64,000 nt of DNA. Origin: Ignavibacteriota bacterium (GTDB taxonomy: Bacteria > Bacteroidota > Ignavibacteria > UBA10030 > UBA6906). Positions 39,018-49,737 of the stretch are shown here, piece by piece. Every line of letters begins with the position of its first letter. Within the stretch, counting starts at the first letter, position 1. The stretch covers positions 2,336,001 to 2,400,000 of the forward strand of contig CAWDEM010000008.1 of assembly GCA_963801355.1 (NCBI GenBank), given 5' to 3'. The notes under the pieces were generated by a model. It was not told the DNA's origin, ran no database searches, and was given only the letters and a program-made list of their open reading frames with translations. The position numbers were made by a program, and so were the translations under genes.

Positions 39018-40997
39018 ATGGAGCATCAGGTCTCTCAAGTCACAGGGCTTCCGGAAAACGCCTACAGGGAATTGAACCCGGGTGAGCATTACACGCCCAT
39101 CCTCGGTCCGTCGGCCGAACCGCCCGAGGTGACCCCGTATTCCGTCATCACCGGCCTCATCATGGCTGTGGTCTTCTCCGCGGCTGCTGCATACTCCGGT
39201 CTGAAAATCGGACAGGTATTCGAAGCGGCGATACCCATCGCTATTCTTGCAGTGGGCATCTCCACACTCATACGGCGCCGGAATGCGATCGGGCAGAACG
39301 TCATCATCCAATCGATCGGTGCATCTTCGGGGGTTATCGTCGCGGGAGCGATCTTTACCATCCCCGCGTTGTACATCCTGGATCTCCCCGCAAGCTTCTA
39401 CCAGACGTTCCTTGCTTCCGCACTGGGAGGGTTTCTGGGGATCCTTTTCCTGATTCCCTTCCGTAAGTACTTCGTCAAAGACATGCACGGAAAACTGCCG
39501 TTCCCCGAAGCGACGGCAACGACGGAGATCCTCGTCGCCGGCGAAAAGGGGGGATCCCAGGCCCTCGTGCTGGTCGTCAGCGGGTTGATCGGCGGAGTCT
39601 TCGACTTCATGTTCAGCGCGTTCGGCCTGTGGACGGAAGTGATCACCTCGCGCATGGTGCACGTCGGGGAGTTGCTGGCCGACAAGGTGAAGATCGTCGT
39701 CCGCTATAACGTTTCCGCAATGATCTTCGGGCTGGGGTATATCATCGGTTTGCGCTACTCGGCGATCATCGTCGCAGGATCAATGCTCTCGTCGTATGTC
39801 CTCGTGCCCCTGCTCTATAATATCGGCCAGGGGTTGACGCTTCCCCTCGGCGCCAATATCACAAAGACAATCGCTGAGATGACCGCAGAGGAAATCTTCC
39901 GCAACTACGTCCGCCAAATCGGCATCGGCGGCATCGCGATGGCAGGGATCATCGGCATCATCCGCTCGTCGAAAATCATCGCAGGGGCGTTTTCTCTCGC
40001 GTACCGGGAAATCGTTCATCACAAGGGGAACGCCGGGACCGCAGGCGTACGCACGCAGACGGACATCACAATGCTGTTCGTTGCTGTCCTGATTCTCCTG
40101 ACGGCGTTGATGATCTTTGTCTTCTTCTACGGCGGCGTAGTGTTCAACGTCACGCATGCCCTCGTCGGACTGGCCATCGTCCTGATCATTGCGTTTCTCT
40201 TCACCACCGTGGCGGCAAATGCTACGGCCATCGTGGGCACCAATCCGGTATCCGGCATGACGCTGATGACGTTGATCCTCTCATCGTTCATCCTCGTGCA
40301 GATCGGATTGACGGGATCTTCGGGCATGGTCAGCGCATTGATCATCGGCGGTGTTGTGTGTACGGCGCTCTCGGTGGCGGGCGGGTTCATCACGGATTTG
40401 AAAATCGGCTACTGGGTCGGCACAACGCCAAAGAAACAGGAAACATGGAAATTCCTCGGCGTCTTGCTCTCCGCGGCCACGGTGGGCGGAGTCATCCTCA
40501 TACTCAACCAAACGTACGGATTCAAGGGTGATACCGCTCTCGCCGCACCGCAGGCCAATGCCATGGCAGCGGTCATTCAACCGCTCATGTCAAACACACC
40601 TGCACCATGGACCCTCTACCTCGTCGGCGCGGTGATCGCACTGATTCTCCTGCTGGTCAAGATACCGCCGCTGGCCTTCGCGCTCGGCATGTACATTCCG
40701 CAGGAATTGAACCTGCCGCTCATCGTCGGGGGCCTCGTTGCCTGGTGGGTCACATCACGGTCCAAGGACGAAAAGGTCAACAATGCCCGCTTCTCGAGGG
40801 GAACACTCATCGCTTCCGGGTTCATTGCGGGCGGCTCACTCTTCGGCGTGGTCGCCGCGTTTCTGAAGTTCGGCGACATCGAGCTGGCAATCCCGGGCTG
40901 GGCGGAAACCCCCGGCGGTGAACTGGTCGGACTGGGAGCTTTCCTGCTTCTGTTCGCCTATATGGTCGTAGACACCATGCGCGCAAAACCGGAATAA
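39018..40997 (+). CDS. OPT-family oligopeptide transporter
   Basis: GLKIGQVFEAAIPI, PFPEA, NPVSGMT, DLKIGYW and APQAN. CAGGAG RBS precedes the ATG at 39018. Confidence 0.93.
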   Translation: MEHQVSQVTGLPENAYRELNPGEHYTPILGPSAEPPEVTPYSVITGLIMAVVFSAAAAYSGLKIGQVFEAAIPIAILAVGISTLIRRRNAIGQNVIIQSIGASSGVIVAGAIFTIPALYILDLPASFYQTFLASALGGFLGILFLIPFRKYFVKDMHGKLPFPEATATTEILVAGEKGGSQALVLVVSGLIGGVFDFMFSAFGLWTEVITSRMVHVGELLADKVKIVVRYNVSAMIFGLGYIIGLRYSAIIVAGSMLSSYVLVPLLYNIGQGLTLPLGANITKTIAEMTAEEIFRNYVRQIGIGGIAMAGIIGIIRSSKIIAGAFSLAYREIVHHKGNAGTAGVRTQTDITMLFVAVLILLTALMIFVFFYGGVVFNVTHALVGLAIVLIIAFLFTTVAANATAIVGTNPVSGMTLMTLILSSFILVQIGLTGSSGMVSALIIGGVVCTALSVAGGFITDLKIGYWVGTTPKKQETWKFLGVLLSAATVGGVILILNQTYGFKGDTALAAPQANAMAAVIQPLMSNTPAPWTLYLVGAVIALILLLVKIPPLAFALGMYIPQELNLPLIVGGLVAWWVTSRSKDEKVNNARFSRGTLIASGFIAGGSLFGVVAAFLKFGDIELAIPGWAETPGGELVGLGAFLLLFAYMVVDTMRAKPE

Positions 40998-41070
40998 CAC
41001 CTCAGATGCGTCACCCATTGGACGTGCACACGATGCAGTCACAGGTCTCACACGTGAAAGGGGTCATCCC

Positions 41071-41430
41071 ATGTTCAAGTTCTTAAAGCGCCTCTTTACC
41101 CTGGCACTCATCATTGTGCTGGGTGCAATACTCTGGGGAGTATTCGCCGTCTGGACAGGTATCTATTCAATCTATTCCTACCCGCCTTCGAAAGATCATC
41201 CTGATGGCGAGACACTTATCGTATCGCGCGATCAGGGGGAACCGATGTTCAACTCCCCCGACTACAAGCCCGTGCCGCCAAAGGAAGAACCCAAGGCCGG
41301 AGGACTCCGGTTTGGGACCTCAAAGAAGCCGGTACGGCCGCTGCAGGTGCGGACAATCGTCTCCCTCCCTTATACCGCCTGGGCGTACAAAAAATCCCTG
41401 GAGCCCGAGAGACCCGACGCCGAGGAATAA
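41071..41430 (+). CDS. Small membrane-anchored hypothetical protein
   Basis: 119-aa ORF with an AAAGGGG RBS and an N-terminal TM helix. It fills the intergenic gap. Confidence 0.65.
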   Translation: MFKFLKRLFTLALIIVLGAILWGVFAVWTGIYSIYSYPPSKDHPDGETLIVSRDQGEPMFNSPDYKPVPPKEEPKAGGLRFGTSKKPVRPLQVRTIVSLPYTAWAYKKSLEPERPDAEE

Positions 41431-41471
41431 TAGGCACCACCTAGGCCGCTGTATCGAAACTTTCCCCCCGG

Positions 41472-41517
41472 AACCAGCGTTGAATAGGGAACTAGCGTTT
41501 CTTATGAAACTAGCGTT
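41472..41517. promoter_or_regulatory. Three 18-bp-phased AACYAGCGTT repeats (candidate operators)
   Basis: AACCAGCGTT at 41472, AACTAGCGTT at 41490 and AACTAGCGTT at 41508. Confidence 0.6.
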
Positions 41518-41532
41518 CATTTCCGATGAACC

Positions 41533-42726
41533 ATGACTACGGAATCCGCAGATCTTGCGCCTCTCAAAATTCAGCGCGACCCGGTTGGCACGGGAACGGG
41601 CAGACGTCTCCCGAAATGGGGTATTGGGGGGGTCTCCGTCTTCCTCGTTGCTGTCGCTCTATTTTTTGTCCTGCGGGGCACAGTAGGCAGCCCGAAGGAA
41701 GTGGACATCGCGATCGCCATGCTCACGTCTCCCTCTCAGGCCAACACAGTGCTCACGGCGAGCGGTTACGTTGTCGCTCAGGTAAAGGCGGCCGTAGCTT
41801 CGAAGGGCACCGGCCGGCTGGAATTCCTGTATGTTGAGGAGGGCGACAAGGTAAAAAAGGGGGAAATCATCGCGCGTCTCGAAAACGACGATGTTCTCGC
41901 CGCCCTCGCCCAGGCGAAAGCGAATCTCGGCGTCGCACAAGCCGATTCCCAAGACGCATTCCGCACTCTGGAACGGACGAAACAACTCTTCAGCGGCAAC
42001 CTTTCTTCGCGGGCGGAACTCGATGGAGCCGAAGCCAGGTTTTCACGAGTCGTTGCCACAATTCGCTATGCCGAGGCCGCAGTCAAGTCCGGTGAGGTCG
42101 CTGTCGAAAACACACGTATCCGCGCTCCATTCGACGGAACCGTCCTGACAAAGGATGCTGATGTCGGCGAGGTCGTTGCGCCCTTTGCTTCTTCGGCGAG
42201 CTCGCGCGGCGCCGTCGTGACCATGGCCGACATGAGTTCCCTGTTGGTCGAGGCCGATGTTTCGGAATCCAATATCACCCGGGTCACACCCGGCCAGCCT
42301 TGCGACATTGTGCTTGATGCGTATCCCGACAGGCGCTATCCCGGCATCGTACACAAGATTGTCCCAACGGCTGATCGTGCAAAGGCGACGGTGCTCACCA
42401 AAGTGAGCTTCAAGCAGCGCGACGAACGCGTCCTCCCCGAGATGAGCGCCAAAGTGCAGTTTCTCGCGGAGGAGGCACGATCGACGGCGGCATCGTCACT
42501 CCCGGTGCTGACTCTCCCGCTCTCTGCACTGACCACGCGTGACGGACGAACCATCGTCCTGCTCGTGCGCGACGGCAAAGTCCAGGAGACCCCTGTGACC
42601 GCCGGCCCGGTTCTTGGCGAGAGGATTGCCGTTCTCGAAGGTGTCGCCCAGGGCGATCAAGTCGTCACCAACCCCGATCCGTCGCTGGTGACGGGCGCCA
42701 GGATCATCCAACGTGCCAATCACTAG
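41533..42726 (+). CDS. Efflux periplasmic adaptor (MFP) subunit
   Basis: N-terminal TM, LTASGYVV, VEEGDKVKKG, IRAPFDGTV and EADVSE. Confidence 0.9.
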   Translation: MTTESADLAPLKIQRDPVGTGTGRRLPKWGIGGVSVFLVAVALFFVLRGTVGSPKEVDIAIAMLTSPSQANTVLTASGYVVAQVKAAVASKGTGRLEFLYVEEGDKVKKGEIIARLENDDVLAALAQAKANLGVAQADSQDAFRTLERTKQLFSGNLSSRAELDGAEARFSRVVATIRYAEAAVKSGEVAVENTRIRAPFDGTVLTKDADVGEVVAPFASSASSRGAVVTMADMSSLLVEADVSESNITRVTPGQPCDIVLDAYPDRRYPGIVHKIVPTADRAKATVLTKVSFKQRDERVLPEMSAKVQFLAEEARSTAASSLPVLTLPLSALTTRDGRTIVLLVRDGKVQETPVTAGPVLGERIAVLEGVAQGDQVVTNPDPSLVTGARIIQRANH

Positions 42727-42747
42727 CCCCGTGTTCCCGGAGACCGT

Positions 42748-43410
42748 ATGATCGAAGTCCGAAATGTGTCAAAATCCTACCGGCGTGATTCACTCAAGAT
42801 CCCTGTGCTTTCCGCGATTACATTGACCATTCCCGACGCTGAATTCCTCGCGCTGATGGGACCATCGGGATCGGGGAAAACCACCCTGCTGAACCTGATT
42901 GCCGGAATTGACCGGCCCGACGCCGGGACCATCGCGGTGAACGGAACCGATGTTGGCTCACTCGGTGAATCGCAGCTTGCCAGCTGGCGGTCGAGAAATG
43001 TCGGTTTCATCTTTCAGTTCTACAATCTTCTTCCGGTGCTCACCGCGTTCGAAAATGTTGAACTCCCCCTGCTGCTGACGCACCTTTCCAGAAAAGAACG
43101 GAGAGAGCACGTTGCGGCCGCGCTGCAGCTGGTAGGGCTGGGGGACCGGATCCATCACTATCCGAAACAACTCTCCGGCGGCCAGGAGCAGCGGGTAGCA
43201 ATTGCCAGGGCGATTGTCACGGACCCGGCCGTGCTGGTGGCGGATGAGCCGACCGGCGACCTTGACCGCACGTCGGCCGCCGAAGTGATGACACTACTGG
43301 AACGGCTGAACCGTGAATTCAACAAGACCGTCGTGATGGTCACACATGATCCGAGAGCGGCGGAAAAGGCCCACAAGGTGATGCACCTTGACAAGGGCGA
43401 GTTGAGCTGA
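42748..43410 (+). CDS. MacB/LolD-type ABC ATP-binding protein
   Basis: [32 protein letters not shown] and VTHD. Confidence 0.93.
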   Translation: MIEVRNVSKSYRRDSLKIPVLSAITLTIPDAEFLALMGPSGSGKTTLLNLIAGIDRPDAGTIAVNGTDVGSLGESQLASWRSRNVGFIFQFYNLLPVLTAFENVELPLLLTHLSRKERREHVAAALQLVGLGDRIHHYPKQLSGGQEQRVAIARAIVTDPAVLVADEPTGDLDRTSAAEVMTLLERLNREFNKTVVMVTHDPRAAEKAHKVMHLDKGELS

Positions 43411-43420
43411 GGAGCACGGC

Positions 43421-44587
43421 ATGTTCGTCCTTCGACTCGTTCTGAAAAACGCCTTTCGCCACAAGCTGAGAACGGCACTGACCGTCTTCGGCATCGCCAT
43501 CGCAGTCCTCTCATTCGGTTTTCTGCGGACGGTGGTCACGGCCTGGTCATACGGCGTCGAGGCGTCCGCCGCGAATCGGATGATCACGCGTCACTCCGTT
43601 TCCTTTATCTTCCCCCTGCCCATCACATACCGTGACCAGATCGCTCGGATACCGGGAGTGAGTATGATCACCTGGGCAAACTGGTTCCAGGGTGGCTACA
43701 AGGATCCGGCGGACTTCAACAATTTCTTTCCCCGCCTGGCGATTGATGCGGATACGTATTTCAATGTGTACCCCGAGCTGCTCGTCCCACCCGGGCAACT
43801 GGCCACATTCAAGAAGGAACGGAACGCGTGCATCATCGGTGCCAAGATCGCGAAGCAGCACGGTCTAGCCATAGGCGACATCATCCCCATCGAAGGAGAC
43901 ATCTACCCCGGCCACTGGGAGTTCGTCGTACGAGGAATCTACAAGGGTCGCGATCCGTCCACCGACGAAACTCAGATGTTCTTCCACTGGACTTACCTTG
44001 ATGAGCGCATCAAACAACTCTATGCCGGACGGGAAGGGCTCGTAGGCTGGTATGTGTTCCTGGTGGACAGGCCCGCCGATATGCCGGCTGTCGCACAGAC
44101 CATAGACAGGATGTTCGAGAACTCACGTGCAGGAACAAAGTCGGAAACAGAGAAGGAGTTCCAACAGAGTTTTGTATCGATGTCCAGTTCGATTATCAGT
44201 TCCCTGGAAATCATCTCGTTCATCATCATTGGGATCATCCTTCTGGTGTTGGCCAACACCATCGTGATGGCCGCACGCGAGCGGACCACTGAATATGCCG
44301 TGCTGAAGACGATCGGGTTTTCGTCCATGCACATTGCCGGACTCATCAGCGGTGAGTCGCTTCTCATTGCCGGACTCGGAGGAGCGATCGGGCTTCTCCT
44401 GACGTTCCCGGTTGCCGGGGCCTTTGCCGGCATGTTCCCCACATTCTTTCCCGTGTTTAACGTGGAAGTGGTGACCATTCTGCTGGCAATAGCGGTCGCG
44501 GTGCTGGCCGGTGTCGTTGCTGCGTTGTTCCCAACACTCCGCGCATTGCGCACAAGCATTGCGGAAGGTCTTCGCGCGATAGGATAA
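43421..44587 (+). CDS. FtsX/MacB-type ABC permease
   Basis: RTALT N-terminal TM, periplasmic domain, [15 protein letters not shown] and C-terminal TMs. Confidence 0.9.
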   Translation: MFVLRLVLKNAFRHKLRTALTVFGIAIAVLSFGFLRTVVTAWSYGVEASAANRMITRHSVSFIFPLPITYRDQIARIPGVSMITWANWFQGGYKDPADFNNFFPRLAIDADTYFNVYPELLVPPGQLATFKKERNACIIGAKIAKQHGLAIGDIIPIEGDIYPGHWEFVVRGIYKGRDPSTDETQMFFHWTYLDERIKQLYAGREGLVGWYVFLVDRPADMPAVAQTIDRMFENSRAGTKSETEKEFQQSFVSMSSSIISSLEIISFIIIGIILLVLANTIVMAARERTTEYAVLKTIGFSSMHIAGLISGESLLIAGLGGAIGLLLTFPVAGAFAGMFPTFFPVFNVEVVTILLAIAVAVLAGVVAALFPTLRALRTSIAEGLRAIG

Positions 44588-44590
44588 AGC

Positions 44591-45760
44591 ATGAAGATAC
44601 CGTTCGCCTATACCTGGCGCAGCCTCTGGGCACGACGCCTCACGACAGTCCTCACGGTGGGAGGTATTACCCTCGTCGCGTTCGTCTTCGCTGCGGTCCT
44701 GATGCTTGCACGAGGTCTTGAAGAAACCCTCGTGGAGACGGGATCGGAGGATAACGCGATCGTCCTGCGCAGGAGCGCCGGATCGGAACTGGTGAGCCAG
44801 ATCGAGAGAGACGGAGCCAATGTCATCAGGACCCATCCGGAAATTGCCCTGCTGTCGGACGGCAATCCTTTCGTTTCTTCAGAGACCTGTGTTATCATCA
44901 ACCTCCTGAAGAAAGAATCCAAGGATATGGGCAACATTACCGTCCGCGGTGTGTCTCCTCCCGGGCTCCAACTTCGCCCGCAGGTCACTCTTGCGGAGGG
45001 TCGGTGGTTTACATTTGGCTCCACAGAGATTGTCGTGGGTGCCAGTATCGCAAAAAGATTCCTCAACGCCACGATAGGCGACACAATCCGCTTCGGAGAC
45101 GCTCGGTGGCACATCGTGGGTGTGATCGACGGCAAGGGTACGGCGTTTGATTCGGAGATCTGGGGTGATGTGGACCAGATGATGGCGTCGTTCGGGCGCC
45201 CCGTGTTTTCCTCGCTCCTCCTCCGGCTCCAAAACCGGGATGCATTCGAAGCGCTGAAACTCCGCATCGAGAAGGACCCCCGGACCCAGGCCGCCGAACT
45301 GAAGCGTGAAACCACATTCTATCGCGAACAGTCCCAGATGATGTCGAACTTCATCAAGATTCTGGGCATCATCGTGACGATCATCTTCAGTATCGGATCA
45401 ATGGTTGGCGCCATGATCACGATGTATGCCGCGGTCGCAAACCGAACGGTGGAAATCGGCACGATGCGGGCACTCGGGTTCCGGCGCCGGAGCATCCTGG
45501 GAGCATTCCTCGTGGAAGCGATTCTGCTGTCGCTTATCGGCGGGTTCCTGGGGGTCGCGCTTGCATCGCTGCTGTCAATGGTCAAGATCTCCACTACGAA
45601 TTTCGGCAGCTTCTCAGAGCTCGCATTTGGCTTCCAACTCTCGCCGGAAATCATCATGAGCACGCTCTTGTTCGCCGTCGCAATGGGAATCGTCGGCGGA
45701 TTTCTCCCGGCCGTGCGGGCGGCGCGGTTGGATATTCTCAGCGCGCTGCGGTCAGCGTAG
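44591..45760 (+). CDS. FtsX/MacB-type ABC permease
   Basis: RTVEIGTMRALGF and PAVRAARL, with the same topology as the upstream permease. Confidence 0.9.
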   Translation: MKIPFAYTWRSLWARRLTTVLTVGGITLVAFVFAAVLMLARGLEETLVETGSEDNAIVLRRSAGSELVSQIERDGANVIRTHPEIALLSDGNPFVSSETCVIINLLKKESKDMGNITVRGVSPPGLQLRPQVTLAEGRWFTFGSTEIVVGASIAKRFLNATIGDTIRFGDARWHIVGVIDGKGTAFDSEIWGDVDQMMASFGRPVFSSLLLRLQNRDAFEALKLRIEKDPRTQAAELKRETTFYREQSQMMSNFIKILGIIVTIIFSIGSMVGAMITMYAAVANRTVEIGTMRALGFRRRSILGAFLVEAILLSLIGGFLGVALASLLSMVKISTTNFGSFSELAFGFQLSPEIIMSTLLFAVAMGIVGGFLPAVRAARLDILSALRSA

Positions 45761-46457
45761 CTCGCTGCAGCCAACGAATGAACGGCATCGCCGCGGTGAA
45801 CACACGCACAACGTTCTCAAGAAACCGCGGCTTCAGGCATTCCTTCTCGTCGTATTCAACGCCCACGTAGAATTGCTTGAGCTGCAGGTACCGGATCATC
45901 GGGTGATCGTCCCGATATCCCAGCGGCGCCCTCTGAAGACGGTCTCCGAGTATCTCTCCGAACACCTTCTTGAACGCGGGGTCATTGATCACCTCCCGGA
46001 GTTCTTCCGGTTTTGCGGCAATCCATGCGCGAATCGATTTGAGCTGTTCACTATCCGGCATGTAGATCCCTCCTCCCACGAAGATCTCTCCGAGTTCCAC
46101 GCCCACATACAGGCCGGCGGTGCCTTTTCTCTCGTTCAGGGCACGCGACGCAAAACTGGCGGCGATGTTGGTCTTGTACGGGGTCTTGTCGTGTGAAAAA
46201 CGTGTATCCCTGTAGACCCGGAATATCGATCTGCGCGGATGGAAGTCAAAGTCCGGTGCAACCTCCGTCATTCGCAGCCGGAGCGACGCGATGAGGCACT
46301 CCATGGGAAAACGGACAAGCTCTTCATAGTCCGTTTTGTGCTTCTGAAACCAGGGACGGTTGTTATTGCGCTTCAGCCGTCGCAGGAAGGCCAGACCTTC
46401 CGGCGGAAAACCCGCAAACGGCGGGTACGCGAGCTCTTCAAGAGGATGAGAGGTCAT
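45738..46457 (-). CDS. DUF2461 family protein
   Basis: FL..L..NNNRPWF..HK, FRVYRDTRFSHDKTPYK and GGGIYMP. Start at MTSHP. Confidence 0.88.
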   Translation of the reverse strand: MTSHPLEELAYPPFAGFPPEGLAFLRRLKRNNNRPWFQKHKTDYEELVRFPMECLIASLRLRMTEVAPDFDFHPRRSIFRVYRDTRFSHDKTPYKTNIAASFASRALNERKGTAGLYVGVELGEIFVGGGIYMPDSEQLKSIRAWIAAKPEELREVINDPAFKKVFGEILGDRLQRAPLGYRDDHPMIRYLQLKQFYVGVEYDEKECLKPRFLENVVRVFTAAMPFIRWLQRATLTAAR

Positions 46458-46464
46458 GAGGCTT

Positions 46465-47616
46465 CTACTCCATTGTTTTCCTGAACCGCACAACGCTGAG
46501 GGAGAAGATAACAATTCCCAGACCAAAGAGCGCAAGAGTCTGCGGCCAGAGTTCCGCAAGTCCCGCCCCCTTCAGGAGTATCCCGCGCACAATCTCCAGA
46601 AAATACCGGAGCGGGATCAGATAGGTGAATGGCTGGATCACCGGGGGCATGTTGGCGATCGGGAACGCAAATCCCGAAAGAAACATGAAAGGCATGAAGA
46701 AAAAGAATTGCGCGATCAGCATAGCCTGCTGCTGGCTCTTGGATATCGTCGACACGAAGAGCCCGAGGCCCAGCGTCGTCAGAATAAACAACCCGCTCAG
46801 CCCGAACAGGACGACGAGACTCCCTCGCATGGGCACGCCGAACCAGAACCGCGCGAGGCCCAGCACGACGATGACATCCACAAAGCCGATGAGCGTGAAG
46901 GGGATCAGCTTCCCAATGATGAGCTGATAGGGTTGTACCGGAGTGACCAGCAATTGTTCCATCGTGCCGATCTCCTTTTCCTTGACGATGCTGAGGGAGG
47001 TCAGCGTCATGGTGATGAGCATGAGCACGAGCGCCACAACACCGGGCACCATAAAATTGGAACTCTTCAGGTCGGGATTGAACCAGATGCGGGGTTCGGG
47101 AAGCACACGAGAGAGACCACCCTGCATCTGCGCCCGGTATTCGGCCAGAATCTTCTGGGATGACGATGCGACGATATTCGTGGCATAGTTCAGCAGAATG
47201 TTCGAGGTGTTGGCGTCCGTCCCATCGAGCACCACCTGCACGGGCGAGGTACGATGCGCGAGGATGTCGGCACCGAAGCGCCGGGGGATCATCAGCGCAA
47301 TCCGGGCCCGCCCGGTCTCGATATACGTGTCGGCCTCGGCAGGTACGTCGACGGAGTACCGCAGAATGAAGTACCCTGAAGAAGTGAACTCCCGGATGAA
47401 TTCCCGGCTCTCCTGCGTTCGGTCCTGATCGCAGACCACCAGATCACTGTTCGTGATATCCGTCGTGGCCGCATAGCCCAGCAAGAGCACCTGCAGCACG
47501 GGAGCGGCGATCGACACTCCCAGCATCTTGCGGTCATGCCGGACTTGTAGCAGTTCCTTCCGGACAATGACGCCGATGATATGGAGTGAACGCCGTAGGG
47601 AGGCTTTGCGATTCAC
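46465..47616 (-). CDS. ABC-2 permease (YbhR-like)
   Basis: KELLQ..D, DGTDAN, WFNP, EKEIGTMEQL and LSGFAFPI. Confidence 0.9.
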   Translation of the reverse strand: MNRKASLRRSLHIIGVIVRKELLQVRHDRKMLGVSIAAPVLQVLLLGYAATTDITNSDLVVCDQDRTQESREFIREFTSSGYFILRYSVDVPAEADTYIETGRARIALMIPRRFGADILAHRTSPVQVVLDGTDANTSNILLNYATNIVASSSQKILAEYRAQMQGGLSRVLPEPRIWFNPDLKSSNFMVPGVVALVLMLITMTLTSLSIVKEKEIGTMEQLLVTPVQPYQLIIGKLIPFTLIGFVDVIVVLGLARFWFGVPMRGSLVVLFGLSGLFILTTLGLGLFVSTISKSQQQAMLIAQFFFFMPFMFLSGFAFPIANMPPVIQPFTYLIPLRYFLEIVRGILLKGAGLAELWPQTLALFGLGIVIFSLSVVRFRKTME

Positions 47617-47632
47617 GATTTCTCTCTCCTCA

Positions 47633-48760
47633 TCATGCGGCCCGTTTCTGGAATCTCTTCACGCTGATACCGAGCGTGATCGCGGCAAACAGCAGGAGAT
47701 AGAGGAATTGCGGCAAGACGGCCTCGGCACCCACGCCTTTCAGCATCACCGCGCGGACCACCACCAGGAAGAACTTGACCGCGGCAATATTCGAAAGCAC
47801 CTGCAGAACGACCGGCATGCTGGATACCGGAAATATGAAGCCGGACAGCAGGAATGACGGCAGGAGCGAAGAAAACACGGAGACGAGAAACGCAACCTGC
47901 TGGGAATCGGTGACGGTGGAGATAAGCAGCCCCTGCCCGAGAGCACCCAGGACAACCAGGAGGATGCCCGCATAGAGGACAAGCAGACTCCCTTTGATCT
48001 CAATAGCAAAGAGGAAATATCCGAGGATCAGGATGAGCGTCGCGGAAACCAGAGCAATCGCCATGTACGGCAGTGTCTTCCCCAGAATCACCTGTACGGG
48101 ACGCAGGGGTGAAACCATGATCTGATCCATTGTCCCCCGTTCCTTTTCGCGGACAACGGTCATGGATGTCGAAATGACACCTGTCAACATGATGATGAAC
48201 CCGATGAGCCCGGGGACGAGAAACTTTGAGGACACCAGATCCGGATTGTACCAGATCCGTGGTTCGAAATCGATGGGCTGGTACAGTGTCCTGCCCGCCT
48301 GCCGGAACGCATCCAGAATGAGCGATGATGAGAATTCCACCGTGATGCGCGAAGCATAGCCGACCGCCTGCCCGGCGGTGTTCGCATCGGAACCGTCCAC
48401 GAGGATCTGCACATGCGTTTCCTGGCCGGCGAGAAGATCATGTCCGAAAGTCGAAGGAACAACCAGCGCCACCTTTGCCTTGCCGTCCAGAAACAGGTGC
48501 TCGATTTCCCGATAGCTGTGGACTTCATAGGCGTAGGTGAAATACTCGGAATGTTTGAATTTCTGAAGAAACTCCCTGCTTTCGGCGCCCCCGTTCTGGT
48601 CAAAGACCGCCAGGGGAATGTGCTTCACGTCAAAATTCAACGCATAACCGACCATGACGATCAATACGGCAGGCAGGACAAGAAGCATCCCCAGGGATGT
48701 GGGATCACGGCTGATCTGCCGGAATTCCTTGATGATGATCGGCTTGAGTGCACGCAGCAT
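47633..48760 (-). CDS. ABC-2 permease (YbhS-like)
   Basis: KEFRQ..RD, DGSDAN, WYNP, REKERGTM and LSGFIFP. Confidence 0.9.
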   Translation of the reverse strand: MLRALKPIIIKEFRQISRDPTSLGMLLVLPAVLIVMVGYALNFDVKHIPLAVFDQNGGAESREFLQKFKHSEYFTYAYEVHSYREIEHLFLDGKAKVALVVPSTFGHDLLAGQETHVQILVDGSDANTAGQAVGYASRITVEFSSSLILDAFRQAGRTLYQPIDFEPRIWYNPDLVSSKFLVPGLIGFIIMLTGVISTSMTVVREKERGTMDQIMVSPLRPVQVILGKTLPYMAIALVSATLILILGYFLFAIEIKGSLLVLYAGILLVVLGALGQGLLISTVTDSQQVAFLVSVFSSLLPSFLLSGFIFPVSSMPVVLQVLSNIAAVKFFLVVVRAVMLKGVGAEAVLPQFLYLLLFAAITLGISVKRFQKRAA

Positions 48761-48783
48761 AGTCGTTCCTCGCGTCCTTTCCG

Positions 48784-49737
48784 TCAGGCAGCCTGAGAGT
48801 TCTTCGCGTCCTTCTCCAGAAGGGCGAGGAAAACATCCTCGAGTGACGGCACAATGCGTTCGATCCGCGCGATGTCCATGCCTCCCTCTGACAGCGTACT
48901 CCGGAGGGCGCGGACACCGCTTCCCTCCTCCGGCACCATCACGTGAAGCTTTGTCCCGAATACCGATGTCTCGAGAGCCCAGGGTTGCACGCGGACGATT
49001 TCGAGCGCATCGACGATGCTGCCTGACTTCAGGGCCACTTCCAGCAGCGGTGTCGTGATGTGGGTGGTCTTCAACTCCGTCGGACTCCCTCCCGCGATCA
49101 ATCGCCCGGCATTGATCAGCATGATGTCGTTGCAGTATTCGGCTTCATCCAGGAAGTGCGTGGTGACAAGCACGGTCACCCCTTCGCCCGAGAGATGGTT
49201 GATGAGTTCCCAGAAATTCCTTCGTGAGATGGGGTCGACACCGCCTGTCGGCTCGTCGAGAAAGATGATCGCTGGCTGATGGAGAATCGCACATCCAAGT
49301 GCCAGACGCTGCTTCCAGCCCCCCGAGAGGGTCCTGGTCATGCTGCCCTCCCTTCCCTGCAGGTCGGCCATCCCGAGGACCCATCCCATCCGTTCATTGA
49401 GTTGGGCTTCTGAAAGGCCGTACACACCGCCGAAGAAACGGATGTTCTGCTCCACGGTCAGATCATCATACAGGGAGAAACGTTGCGACATGTAGCCAAT
49501 ATTCTGCTTGACCATTTCGGTCTGGGTGGCAATGTTGTACCCGCCGACGACGGCAGTACCGGAGGTTGCCTGTAAGAGTCCGCACAGCATTCTGATGGTC
49601 GTAGATTTTCCGGCGCCGTTCGCTCCGAGGAACCCGAAGATCTCTCCCTTCTTCACGGTGAAACTCAACCGATCGACGGCTGTGAACCTGCCAAAACGTT
49701 TCGTCAGTTCACGGACCTCAATGGCCGGCGCACTCAT
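48784..49737 (-). CDS. ABC ATP-binding protein (YbhF C-half-like)
   Basis: GANGAGKST, GYMSQRFSLY, LSGGWKQR and LDEPT. Confidence 0.92.
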   Translation of the reverse strand: MSAPAIEVRELTKRFGRFTAVDRLSFTVKKGEIFGFLGANGAGKSTTIRMLCGLLQATSGTAVVGGYNIATQTEMVKQNIGYMSQRFSLYDDLTVEQNIRFFGGVYGLSEAQLNERMGWVLGMADLQGREGSMTRTLSGGWKQRLALGCAILHQPAIIFLDEPTGGVDPISRRNFWELINHLSGEGVTVLVTTHFLDEAEYCNDIMLINAGRLIAGGSPTELKTTHITTPLLEVALKSGSIVDALEIVRVQPWALETSVFGTKLHVMVPEEGSGVRALRSTLSEGGMDIARIERIVPSLEDVFLALLEKDAKNSQAA

